DNA of 64,000 bases, from the NCBI GenBank assembly GCA_016748015.1, contig JAAOMT010000648.1, positions 248,001 through 312,000 on the forward strand, read 5' to 3'. The number at the start of each line of letters is the position of its first letter. The stretch's first letter is position 1. Shown piece after piece: positions 43,730-56,146 of this stretch. The translations under genes and the position numbers were made by a program. The DNA comes from Geosiphon pyriformis uo1. Lineage: Eukaryota > Fungi > Glomeromycota. The notes below the pieces were generated by a model, which searched no databases, was not told the DNA's origin, and saw nothing but the letters and a program-made list of their open reading frames with translations.

Positions 43730-45305
43730 TCAGGGAATAAAAATACTGTTTGGCCAATACTCGAAGTGACATTGTCCCATTTTAAAATTAAGGTATGGGC
43801 CAACATGTGGATGAACCGGATTTTCGTTTTCGGCATTTAGTCTAGAGCCAGATTGTGATTGAACCGAATTGGCACAGCTCTATAAAAGTGATTGCGAGAA
43901 GCATATTATACAATCTTAATTAATATCATGTTATAATTATAAACAATTCTTAATCCGAATAACTTTCCTCACTCTCAACTCCAGGACTAGTGTCACATTT
44001 GTACACCGTATTAGCTGAATCAGCAATCCAATATTCTAATTTATGATGTGTATACCTGGTCTCCGAATCGCTGGCCGGCATTTGTACAAATGGATCAATT
44101 GTATGTGTAAAGCGATATATTTTAAAGTTTTGAATATTATCAACGTATTCAGCAAATTCTTTGTTTCCAATCCTTGGCTCTCCAAATGTGGTGATTATTA
44201 TTTGTTCGTCTTGAAATGTGGGAATATTTATCAGCGCTAGACCTGCAAGCACTGCATAGGCTATAAGGATAAAGATATTGAACTCATTTTGGAATTTAGA
44301 AGAAATCTCAATAAAACACTTTTTATGATGAGAGAAGTTTATTTATACCACCGCCGAGACCATGTCCAGTCAAAACAAATTTCCATTCAGGTCTTATTTT
44401 TTTTATTCTCACAAGGTTTTTTAAAATCTTGACTTGAGCACCATTAAATCTTTGATACAAGCCAGCATGAACTTTTGCGAAAGAAGAAAATGCAGCAGTA
44501 GGAGGATAATCGATTTGGCGGGTATTTTTTTTAAATTCAATTGGATGTCTTTCAACACCGAGAAAATTGAAAATAATTCGTTTCTTTTGTGGTTCCAATT
44601 GAGCAGAACCTGGAATGGATTAAAAACGTTTAAGTTTTAGAATCAATTTCATTATTCCCAAAAATGCCAAATGACCCGAAATTTACCTAAGATATCATTT
44701 GAAAACTTGGAGGTTTGGTCATTTAATTTTAAGCAATATGCTAATGCAGCCCATCTAGCATATTCTTCTAAACCTTTCAGTTCTTCTATTGGCACGAGTG
44801 TTTTCAAAGTGTCTGTTTCTTGTGTTGATTCTACGGCAAACAATGAATTTATTTTTCCTTGTATTTTATTTGAAGAGCCTGAGTTTTCAATCGAAAGATT
44901 TACTGGAAATGCAATATAGTTAGATTTGTTGTCATTTGTGTAATTTGAGCTTGTAAAAATCTCATGAGGGTAGTAATTGTCAATCCTCGAGTTATCCAAA
45001 TATGAAGGTTCTTCGTTGAACGAGGACATTAATGGGACCAAGGGATCTACTGCGGTCATTTCTGTTTCGAGAGAACCAATAACAAAAATTAAAAAAAGCA
45101 TTATTTTTTCAACTAAAAACGAGTTCTGTCCTTGCTCACCAACTAGAATATCTTGATCATAATCATTATTCTCATTTGAAAACTGATCTAAAATTTGTCG
45201 CGTTAGCAATCGTTGAACAGGTTTAGCTTGAATCAGACATTCATTAAGTAGGCCAAGAAGCAATAAATAAAGGATGAAATGTTTCGAGCCCCGCTCTAGA
45301 ATCAT
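43730..45305 (-). CDS. L13: class-3 lipase-like protein, Ser->Gly (GHGLGG)
   Basis: Signal peptide-like start; AALAYC; KVHAGLY; LTGHGLGG; TFGEPRIG; TIDPFV; last exon SCANS..PHVGPYLNFKMGQC. Confidence 0.9.
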
Positions 45306-46455
45306 TTTTATGGGGTGGAAAAATATGAAGAGTAAAACGAAATTTTAGTAATGTCTATCTTATATCAGTAAATGGAAGGGGTTTATTTTCGAAACGCGCT
45401 GATTTTTGTTTGCTTTCCCAAAAATACAAGATTTTCAGTGGGACTTGATGTGCGAAATATTGATAAAGAATGTTAATGAAAATAGATTTGATAAGTATCT
45501 AATTCTTTTAACATAAAACTCAATACCTTTTAGAATAAATTTTAGCTTATTTATTTTTGAATTATTCAGAAAAATTTAGCTGAAATTTAAAATTGATAAA
45601 TATTATCTAGATCTAATTGACAAAATTTTCCAAGTTTTTAAACAAAATATTATTATTTATTTTATATTTAAAAATTTAAATAATTTTTTACATAATTAAT
45701 TTCAAATAAAAATTTCTCAGCTTTTAATTTATTGTAAATATATAAATATTAATGACAAAGTTAATTGAATTTTTTAATTTTAACATTTTTTATAATTATT
45801 GTTAAAGATGCTCACAAAATTTTTTTTACAAAAATAGGCTTAAATATTAGTTCAATTTCTAAAAAATTTTTAAACTTGAATTAGAAAATTCGAGTTTTCA
45901 ATACAAAAAGATTACTAACTTATTAAATGGCCATATTAATAATATTTTTTGAGAGACTTATATTAATTCTTAATGAAAGCATTTTGAAAAATTCTCATAT
46001 CTCTAATTTTTTCTGCAGAAACAACTATAACATATAAAAAAATTTACTATTTATTTTCAATATAATAAAATTAAAATAATTCTTTAATATTAGTGATAGA
46101 TTATAAATTTTGCAAATGGGTTATTTTTCAAAATACATTGAAAAATTGAAACTTCAAACAGATCAAATTGATGTTGCGAAAAAATACTGTAGATCAGTAA
46201 AGGTTTATTTTGGTTAATTGTAACACAATATTATTTAATTGTTGGTAAGGTTTCATCCTAGTTTCTTCTTGAATGATTTGTTATCGTTTCGAAGTTGGAA
46301 TGTTTTTTGTTTTCTGTGATCAAATTAAAAAATGTGGTTTTAGCATCATAAAGAGAATTATCAAGTAATGATTTTATTTGATAGATAAAATATAAATACA
46401 TGTACTTTACCTTGATTCCTACATCACAAGTGGCAAAGGATTTTTAATTTTGAAA

Positions 46456-48143
46456 ATGCTCCATAATCTTTTGACAATCAAGGTGGCTTTATTATGCCCA
46501 TTTATTGTAAAGCTTTTGCTCATTTTCCCATTACTAACAAGGGCAAGCCCAATTGCCGAAGAATATGCCGAGGAAACACAGAATTTACTTTCACAAAGTA
46601 ATGGTTTCATGAATTCAGAATCGAATTTAATTTTACACGACATGAATCTCGATGAGTTGTCATCATTTGAAAAAAGCGAGAAAGATATCGTAGATTCAGA
46701 TGAGATTGAAGCCTCTATTACATTACCAGAAGTTTCACAAGAGCAACAAAATTTAAACGAGAATCAAAACCTATTTGACGAGGTGGCTAAAAAATTCGAT
46801 TCACTTAATCTAATTCCTGCTGAAGGAGGTTTAACTGATGAATTAAGGGAAGAAAGTGGCTCAAATATCGACGAGATAGTTTCATATTCAACGGAGGAAC
46901 CAATATCAGGACCTTCCTTTGTTAATATAAAAAATGCTAAAACAAAAAAAGGGATGCTTGACCATGCGCGTGATTTCATTTTTGATGTGCTACATCATCG
47001 ACAAGTTTTAAGCAAAAAAGATAAAAATATCAGCGATCTACAACTCTATGCAAAAGTTGCAAACGTTCCTTATTGCCAACCATATAACCGAATTTCAATA
47101 AGCTATTTCGGTTCGTTGAATCTAATCACTTTAAAAAGTTTACAAGTTCTAATTCTTTGAAAAATTTTTTCATTTCTAAGGAGCTGAGCAAACCAGACAA
47201 TCAAATGTTAATGTCATCGTAGTGACCTTTGGAGCCCATAAAACAAGTTTACACGATTGGAAACGTGATAATGTCGTAATGAAAACTTTATATCCAGCTT
47301 ACGTAACAGAAAAAGAATTTCATCGAAAAAATTTTTTCGACTGGAAAAACGAAATGGTTCATGGAGAAATGTATCGCGACTGGTGCCCCCATCAAAGAGA
47401 TTTTTTAAACGAAATGAAGAAATTGGTTGAGAAATATCCTAACCATGGCATTCGGTTTGTTGGTCATGGATTAGGCGGAGGTTTGTCTCGTATTTTCTAA
47501 CAAATTTATTGTCAAATTTAAGCTTTTTTAATCTTTTATTTTAAATTCTCTTCAAAGCATACGCAATATTCGCGATGCTTGCGTTCATAATAAATTATCC
47601 AAAAAGTAGGGAAGTAGCGGCTTATACATTTGGCCAGCCACGTATTGGGAACCGAGCATTTGCCCGATTTGTCAATGAAATGATATTTTTGAAAACAATA
47701 AAAGTTTATCGTGCCACTATATTAGGTGACCCAATTATTCTTTGGCCTGATACATCGAATATGTCCGAAACTTCCCAAATAACGCCATTTCAACATCATG
47801 AAACGGAATTCTTTATCGATGAGGAAAACCAAGTGGTTCGTTGCCAGAGTGAAAATGATGAGGGTACTGAAAACAAGGTAAATTTTCCAAACCATTAAAT
47901 GAATTGTTTTAAAGCTATCAAGTTTTTAGCGAAAATTCAATATTGTAGAGTTGTTCTGCTGGTCATAATCAACAAAACACTGTAGATAAAAATACTGGTC
48001 CATATTTTAGCATTCCAATGGGAACTTGCATCGAGCCCCAGTCCATCATAATTCCGGAGACTGGCCAAAATTTCATCAATCATTATTTTTATGTTGAATC
48101 TAGTGATTATAAACACAACATTTTACATAGAAGAAAGTATTAA
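46456..48143 (+). CDS. L14: class-3 lipase-like protein lacking both catalytic Ser (GHGLGG) and His (KNTGPYF)
   Basis: Signal + acidic propeptide; ANVPYC; FVGHGLGG; TFGQPRIG; LGDPII; last exon SCSAG..DKNTGPYFSIPMGTC with extended tail. Confidence 0.9.
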
Positions 48144-49679
48144 TTTTAGTAAAACAGGCATGTTTTTTTTAGCTAGAAGGATATTTATCAAATTTAGAGA
48201 GTTCGATTTATGATAAAAACGCAATCATCAGACATGAAACCTTTTATCACTCAGAGAAAAAGTGCGGGAACTTTCTATATACCAAAGATTTTATAGGCTT
48301 AATTTTCGAAATTAATTCTGTTATTTAAAAGGCCAAAGTCATTAATTTTTTAATTCAAGCCTTCTTGTTGAATTTTTGCCAACAGGTCAGTTTTTGACTT
48401 CATATATTAATAATAAAAACACTATCTGGGATGTTGATAATTAATGTTTCACATTTAGAATTTCTCGGAATATTCTACTTATTACCTGTGAAACATATTT
48501 CAATACAATACATGTAATTTGAATTTGTTTTATTATTATAATTTCCGTAAAATCATTTTGATATATTGCCAAAAAGAAAAATCTTTATCACACATATTTT
48601 TATAAAGTTGAGGATTAATGTTCAAATCTATAATCTTTCTGTGTAAAATAAGAGGCCAATTTTTTATTCACAAAATTATCTAAAGGTGATTGATATTGAT
48701 TCAAAAATAAAATACTTTGAAGCAAATTCCTTTCCTAATGAGAACTCTTTTTAAATGTTGGCTTGCTTTCTTCCATCTTTTTCTCTATTCATTGAAAAGT
48801 GTCATTTTTTACTTTTTAGCAAATTTCATTAGTTTCATTTGTCATCATTGAATCAATTGATCTGTTGTTAAAAGCTCTCTAATTTAAAATCATAATTTTA
48901 AACTTTATTTTCACTTGTTAATTTTATGCTAACCTATATTTACATATGTTACTCATTGAGAGCTTTGTTTTAATATTATTAAAATTTATTAATTTTTATT
49001 TAACTCAATTTACTGGAAAAAAACAAGTTTTAATACTTTAGGTTTTAGGATAAAGTTAAATATTAAAATCATTCAAATATTATCATTGAAATGATTTTAT
49101 CCTTAAGAATTTGCTTTTTTGCATTTCAGTTTCTGAAGATAAAGGTTTTAAATTTTGTTTCTACTTGTACTCATATGAGCAGACTTGGAGTCTCTTATTT
49201 CTTGAAGAATTTTCTACAAATTTGGTAATATTATTATTAAAACATTTTTCCGTTGAGAATTTTTATTTGAATGAAAATTTAAAGATAGACTTTCTTTCAA
49301 AGAAACGAAATCTTTTAAAAAGAACATTTTGCTCGTATTAAAGTTATGTCAATTTCCCAACAGAAATTTGCAATATTCTTTTTTATATTATTATTATTAT
49401 TATTATATATAAAAAGTCATCTAATTCAAATGATTTAATATTCATTATTTTCGGAAATTTATTTTAAAAGTTTCAAACAATTATAAGAGGGTGTTCATAT
49501 TCTAATCCGAAATGAGTTTTTATAATTTTTCCGATTAAAATATTAGACCCTAAAAGCGAACTTATCGAATCCCAACAAGTATAAAACCAAAAAAGCTTTA
49601 AGCTTTTGGAGGGAAAAACTTTTTAATTGAAATTTCCTTTTCATATAAATACCAGCTAGTCGAAAACTGAATTTTCCCC

Positions 49680-51450
49680 ATGAAGTGTTTAAATATTAAT
49701 AATTTGCTAAATTTCCAAAAAAAGCCAAGAGTTTCAATAACAGAAACGTTTCATGCACTGACCTTAGTTTCTTTCATATTATTTACGTTTTCTTTGAGTT
49801 ACCTTGTCACTTTCGCATATTCTTCACCTCTTTTAACAAATAACAACTATGATAATCAAAGACGACAAATAATGAACCTAAATTTTGATTCTGAATTTCA
49901 AGATCCACTTTTAGCTTCTTCAAGCGAAACAGAATTCAATGAAAATTCTCAACAGTTGGAAACAATAGATTCTTTAACTTCTCAGTCTGAATTATCGAAT
50001 AATCAAATTAAGCCTCAGGAGTTTAGTTCGAATCTTTTAGGAACTGAACAGGGAGAGTCGATAGATATGCAAGTACCTGATTTATTCGCAACAGCTGATA
50101 TAAATAATAACCCTGCAAGTGGCTTACGTGAGTTATGCTGTAATGTTTTTATAATTTAAAGTTAATTCTCTTGACCATTAATACCTTTCAACTTTCAATT
50201 GAAAGAAACATCAATCGATCAAGATGTGTTCGATAACGGAGGGTCTAATCCAACAAAAGTTTCTTTCGAATTCGGAAAATGGACTGAAGAGCACGTGAAA
50301 GATGTTAATTTCGTTTCAGGGAGCGATGCGGTTGAAGACAATTTAGCGTTATATGCTCGAATGGCAAATACGGCTTATTGTTTCAAAGAAAAAGTCTCTG
50401 CAAGATATTTTGGTAGGTCATGACTTTTCTTTACCATTTAGTTTTTGACATTTTTTTTTAACGCAGAAAATGGAATCAACTATTTCCATTAGATTTTGTT
50501 TTTTCTCAAGTTTGGACTAAATTTCCCCTATCTTCTTTCGTCCTTAGTCAATGAAAATTTTAACTTTCGGTCTCTCGTAACAGTTTTTAGCGGGCTCGAA
50601 TCTGACTTGCATGAATACCAGAGTACAACCAAAATTGATATAACTACATATCCCGAGAATAACTTGCTAAAAGAACTTGAATTTCGTTCAAATGTTTGGT
50701 CAGATGGATCAAAGAATCCACATGTTCACACTGAAATTTATCGTAATTGGTTGAATTACCAACCAGAATTTTTGAACCAAATGAAAATAATGGTTTCAGA
50801 TAATAAATATGCCGTATTTCGGTTTGCTGGGCATGGATTAGGTGGTGGTATGTTGTGTTTAATTGTGAGCTTGATCTTGGGATCTTTTGGTAAATGTATT
50901 TTAATAATTTAAACGTTTAAAATATTTGTCGCAGCATATGCAATCTTTGCTACACTCACATTTATGGCAAATTACCCAAATAATGACGTGAATACTTACA
51001 CCTACGGAGAACCACGTATTGGTAATAGAGAATTCGCAAAATTTGTTAATACCCTAATAACTAAGAAGATGTTATATGTATATCGGGCGACAAAAATCAA
51101 TGACCCAGTTGTTCTCTGGCCCAATATTCCTCTATCATCAAGAGGGGATATTTTGCCCAATCCACCATTTTCTCATCATTCTACCGAATATTTTCAGGAT
51201 GAGAACAATCGTGTTATGAAATGTAACCGAGGGGAGCAAGTCTTGGAAAATAAGGTTTAATTCATTTTACTAAAGGAATAACTTGAAATTTAGAGATTGT
51301 GAAAAATCTTTCGATAATTTTTATTCATGCAAATATTTTTTTCCTTCATAGAATTGTGCAGCAGGCAGGAGATCTGCTTTCAACGATCATAACGGGAAAT
51401 ATTTCGGTGTTAAGATGGGTGAATGTGTGGAGTTTAATATTGGTAACTAA
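49680..51450 (+). CDS. L15: class-3 lipase-like protein, Ser->Gly (GHGLGG)
   Basis: Signal + acidic propeptide split by an extra intron; ANTAYC; FAGHGLGG; TYGEPRIG; INDPVV; DHNGKYFGVKMGEC. Confidence 0.9.
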
Positions 51451-51852
51451 TTTCAAATTCTCATAAACTATTTAATAAACGAGTTTCTGTAGAAATTAAA
51501 TTTTTTTCCATATTCTTCACGTTTTAGGATCAGCTTCAGACCCGCTTACTTTCGTAAAATGAAACTATTTCAACATAAGATTATTTGGAAAGTAAAATGA
51601 GATATTAGAAGAAAGTCAGGAAAATTTTTAGCATTGAAAAAAAAGAACCGGTGATTTTGTTTTTATTAAGAGAGATATCAATAAAAAGCGTGTTTATACA
51701 AAAATTAGTGGGGAATAAAACATGTTTCAATTTATAATTAAATTGGAATAGGAAATACATGTGATTTTCCTTTAAATATGTAAATTTTTTACGTTTTCAT
51801 GGGAGTTTAGAGATTTTGATTGATTTTTATATCTTGAACATTGAACTTGAAT

Positions 51853-53495
51853 ATGCATCTTTTTATTCTCGATTTTTCATCTTTCAGATTACCATCATTG
51901 AGCTGTAAGGCTTTGATGTTATTTTTTTGGTTATTTTACGTATCATTTCCAATAGCAGATTCAAATCCGATTTTGTTTGGAAGCGAGCTTACATTTGAGA
52001 ATGAAAAAAAAATGCCATATCAAATGTCAGCAGGATCTGACATTTCCCCTTCTAGGAAAGATTATATTCCGTTTGCTAAACCAACTATAAAATCATCGAA
52101 TAGTATTCTCGGCAATATTATTATTTCCCCAGATCTTGAAAGACAATCGGAGGATGAGAATACTTTGAACCCAAATATCGACATAGCTCAGTCCCAATTT
52201 AATGAAGCATCGGGAATTTTGGGAAGAACTCATTTAGCTCCAAATCTTGACAATACATTCCAAGAAATAAATCTTTACGCTGAAAATAATAAAATTCAAG
52301 AATTTGATATTGAAAGTGAACTTCTTGAAAATATTAAAGAATCTATGAATCTTCGTCGACGAATTTCTTCCGAAAATTCTCTTATCGCAGATTTCAGGAA
52401 ATATGCACGATTCGCAAAATTTGCATATTGTATTTCGGAAAATTCTGCGGCATATCTTGGTAGAATCAAAATACTTTTCCTTTCCCAACGTTGAAAAAAT
52501 GTTTTTTTTCATATATAAAAAATTCCTGCGAGAATTTTTGCTAATCGTTTTTCTAACTTTGCATTTTCAAATAGTGTCAAAAAAAGCAGAAAAAAACTCA
52601 ATAATCGTAACATTTCACGGTTTAGAACAGGATTTAAAAGATTACATGTCAAAAAACATCACCAATTTTGAATCATATCATGTATACGATGACATAAAAT
52701 TTCATGACAAGTTTTCATACTCATGGCAAGAGCAAAAAGTACACATGAAAATATATGCGACTTGGAGAGGAATACAAGATCAATTTTTGACACAAATTAA
52801 GGAGATTATAAATCTATATCCCGATTACCCTATTAATTTGACCGGTCATAGTTTGGGTGGAGGCAAGATCTCTGAATATTTCTTGCATAACAATTTTTAA
52901 TTCATTAAAAGTTGAAAGATTCCGATTTTATTATTATTATTATTATTATTATTAGCTTTCGCCATATTTGCATCCCTCGCTCTCGTTGAAAATTTTTCAA
53001 ATCATCTTCAAGTTACAGTTTACACCTATGGTCAACCGCGATTAGGCAATGATGCTTTTGCAGCCTACGTCAATACTCTAATGACCAGACGTAAAATAGA
53101 AATATTTCGTATAACAAGAGCAGATGATCCAGTGGTTCAGTGGCCACAATTACCAAAAGCTACTGAAAAAGGAGCAAAAATATTTCAATTCAATAGGAAT
53201 GAAAATGATAATTCAATTTTTAGGCATCACGGCAATGAATATTGGCTTACAGAGAGTGAAACAGTTTATGAATGTTGGATGAGTAATGGTGGGGATGAAA
53301 ATCCGGTTTGTGTTTTTTGGATTTAGGCCTTATTTAAAAGTTAAAATGTTTTAAATTGGATATTTTTCTTTTTAAACCTTCTAGAATTGTGCGAATGGTC
53401 AAATCCCAGGTCCTTTCTATAAACATCAGCTTCAATATTTCGAGATAAGGATAGATCAGTGTGAAAATTTCAAGAAACTTGAGTTGAACCAATGA
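51853..53495 (+). CDS. L16: class-3 lipase with Ser-Asp-His triad (GHSLGG)
   Basis: AKFAYC; LTGHSLGG (AGT 52850-52852); TYGQPRLG; ADDPVV; last exon NCANGQ..YKHQLQYFEIRIDQC. Confidence 0.9.
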
Positions 53496-54147
53496 CCTAC
53501 GCATAAAACTTTTTATTTAAGTTTTTAAAAATCAAACTTATATAATGGTATTGTATATTATATTTAACCCAATTTATAAGATAAAAGAAACTACGTCACG
53601 AAAATTTACTAATAAATTTTCCTAAACATTTTTTAAATTAGAATCCTTAATATCAATCAAAGACAGGATTCAAGAAAGTACCCAAGGCTTTTTTTTCCAG
53701 TTTGCGAATAAAAAAGTATCAATTGCTTCTTTTAGTTTCAGTTAATATCTAATTTGTTTTACAACATTTTTTAATAACATAAATAGGCTAAAAAATTTCA
53801 AAAATATTATAATTTTTTCCGATAAATATATGATATTTTTTCTTTTTTAAAAATTCTTTTCTCAATGCTCCAGAAATAAATGAAAGAATTTATTTGTCTG
53901 GTTAAAAATAATTCAAAGCTAATATTTAATAGCACATCTTGAATTGGGTCAGCGTTTTTTTAAATCAGATAAAAAATCTCTGCCTTCAAAAACCATTATT
54001 TTAAATTTATCATTACCTAGCATTGATGAGAGACTATTATTCAAGCAATCTATAGATAATCAGAGCTGTGTCATTTTAAAATAATTGACATGTCATTACA
54101 AACTTTTGTATGTATGTCGGTTTAATGGTGGAAAATGAAAATCAATT

Positions 54148-56146
54148 CTAATGATAACCATTATTTGGTACTTCCTTTGGTGGTTCTTTTTTACGAAAGA
54201 TAGATGGTAATTTGATGTTTTGAACCGGCGCTACATCTAGTGGCAACTTAATTTCAACACATTTTCCCATTTTTACTTTGAAATATGGTCCCGTATGGTT
54301 AGCAAAACTTTTAGCGTCTCGACCAGTTGCTGCGCAGCTCTAAAGGAACAAAGAATAAAATTTAACCGATACGAGAGTGTCTCAAAACAATAAATCTTAG
54401 CAAAACTGTTTATTTGAAAAGGCTTTTTTAAAGGTCACGAACCTCATTTTCCAATCCATTATCTTCCGGTCTACATTCAAATGTGTTGTTGCCATCCGAC
54501 CAGAATTCACTTTTGTGATGGAGAAAGGGAGGCGCATCTACAATTCCTGTAAATCTATTAGGCTCTTCAGAATTCGAACTAAGAGGTGGCCAGTGTATCA
54601 TGGGATCTTGAGCAACTGTAGCACGGAATATTGTAAATCGACCAATATCGATTACAGCCGAAATAAAGTTTCCAAAATCACCATTGCCAATACGTGGTTG
54701 ACCATAGGTGAAGATACCAAAATCACGGCGTCCCGATGATCTAATCACAAATGCTATTGCGGCAAAAACTGCGTATGCTACAGACAAAGAAGAGATTTAC
54801 CAAAAAAGAAATAGTTGATGATTTTCTAAGTAAACTTGTAAAATTTTTCACATACCCCCACCAAGTCCATGTCCGACAAATCGGATAGGCGAATTTGGAT
54901 TTTGATTAGCGAGTGGTTCAAATGTATTGAAGAATTTCTCTTGATAACCCATCCAGTTTGTATAAATTTGTTTATGAACCTTTTCTCTCTTCCATCCATT
55001 TGAATACCATCTTTTATGAAAAGTTTTCTCCTTATCAATAACAGGATAACTCATTTGATCGACTATCCCCTTTTTCATGTAATCTTCTAGCTCAGTCTCT
55101 AATCCGGCAAACGCCACAACAACAATTTTTTTTTTATTTTTTCGTCCCAATGCATTCGCTGGAATTAAAAAGATTAATCAATAATGTCTTGAAAGGAAAA
55201 AGAATTAAAGGAAAAAAGAAAATTCTTCTTACTATAAAACCGAGTTGAAATTTTTTCTTTTTTGCAATAAGCGGCGTTGGCCATATGTGCATATAATTTG
55301 AGATTAATAATTTTTGGATCATTTGGAAGAAGATAGGTTCTTTTTAACATGAAGTTCTGTGAAGGGTCTGTTTCACCACCTTCCATTCCACCTTCTCCAT
55401 CACCACCTGGGATTCCATCACCACCTGGGATTCCACCGCCGCCTGGAAATCCACCACCGCCTGGAAATCCACCGCCACCTGGAAATCCACCACCACCTGG
55501 AAATCCACCTGGGAATTGAGCGAGAATTTTTTCATCAGATTGGGTATTTTTAGCTGAAATTGACGTTTGGGGGTATGCGTCCTCAAGATTTAAATTCAGT
55601 TGTGATTCTTCGTCATTTTCATTTATATCTATTTATCAAATGACCTGAAGTTATTTAGTTTTGAAATCAATGTTCGGCTATGAGCTCACAATGTTATCAA
55701 ACAAAACTGAAAATGGTATTACCAAAATTTGTGTCGAGATTACTAGATGCTGTAAATTCGAATGGATTTGATGATGATGATGATGTTTCTTCGATAAATT
55801 TAGAATTAATGTATGGCTGCGAGTCCATCGAGCCTTGATCGTACAATTCTCCATGGTTAAAATCACCTGCTGCGGGGAGAGCACTTTGATATTCTATAGG
55901 TATGGATTCCAAATCATTGAAGTCAAGTTCATTTTCATTTAATTGGCGTTTTTCGGTTTTAAATCTGGCCATTTCGTTTGGCTCTTTTCCCCAAAATGAG
56001 TAATTTGCGAGAAAATAGCCAAAAAATGTGACTAAAATCAGAAAGGAAATCTTTTGTTTTAAAGACCATTTGGCCCGATTCCAGTGATTATTTAATGCTG
56101 GAGATGAGGAAAAAACTAATGAAAGGGGTATCGACTCAGTTGGCAT
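54148..56146 (-). CDS. L17: class-3 lipase-like protein, Ser->Gly (GHGLGG), with FPGGGG repeat in propeptide
   Basis: TM/signal; acidic propeptide; ANAAYC; FVGHGLGG; TYGQPRIG; AQDPMI; last exon SCAAT..NHTGPYFKVKMGKC. Confidence 0.9.
55397..55515 (-). repeat. Coding 18-bp tandem repeat (FPGGGG x4, IPGGDG x2) in L17
   Basis: ttt cca ggY ggY ggt gga units, in frame with the downstream MEGGETDPS...ANAAYC ORF. Confidence 0.9.

Noticed and set aside
55344-55586. His-rich (55359-55553 +) and VDFQ-repeat (55344-55586 -) ORFs
   Set aside because: Alternative frames of the FPGGGG repeat, which is in frame with L17.
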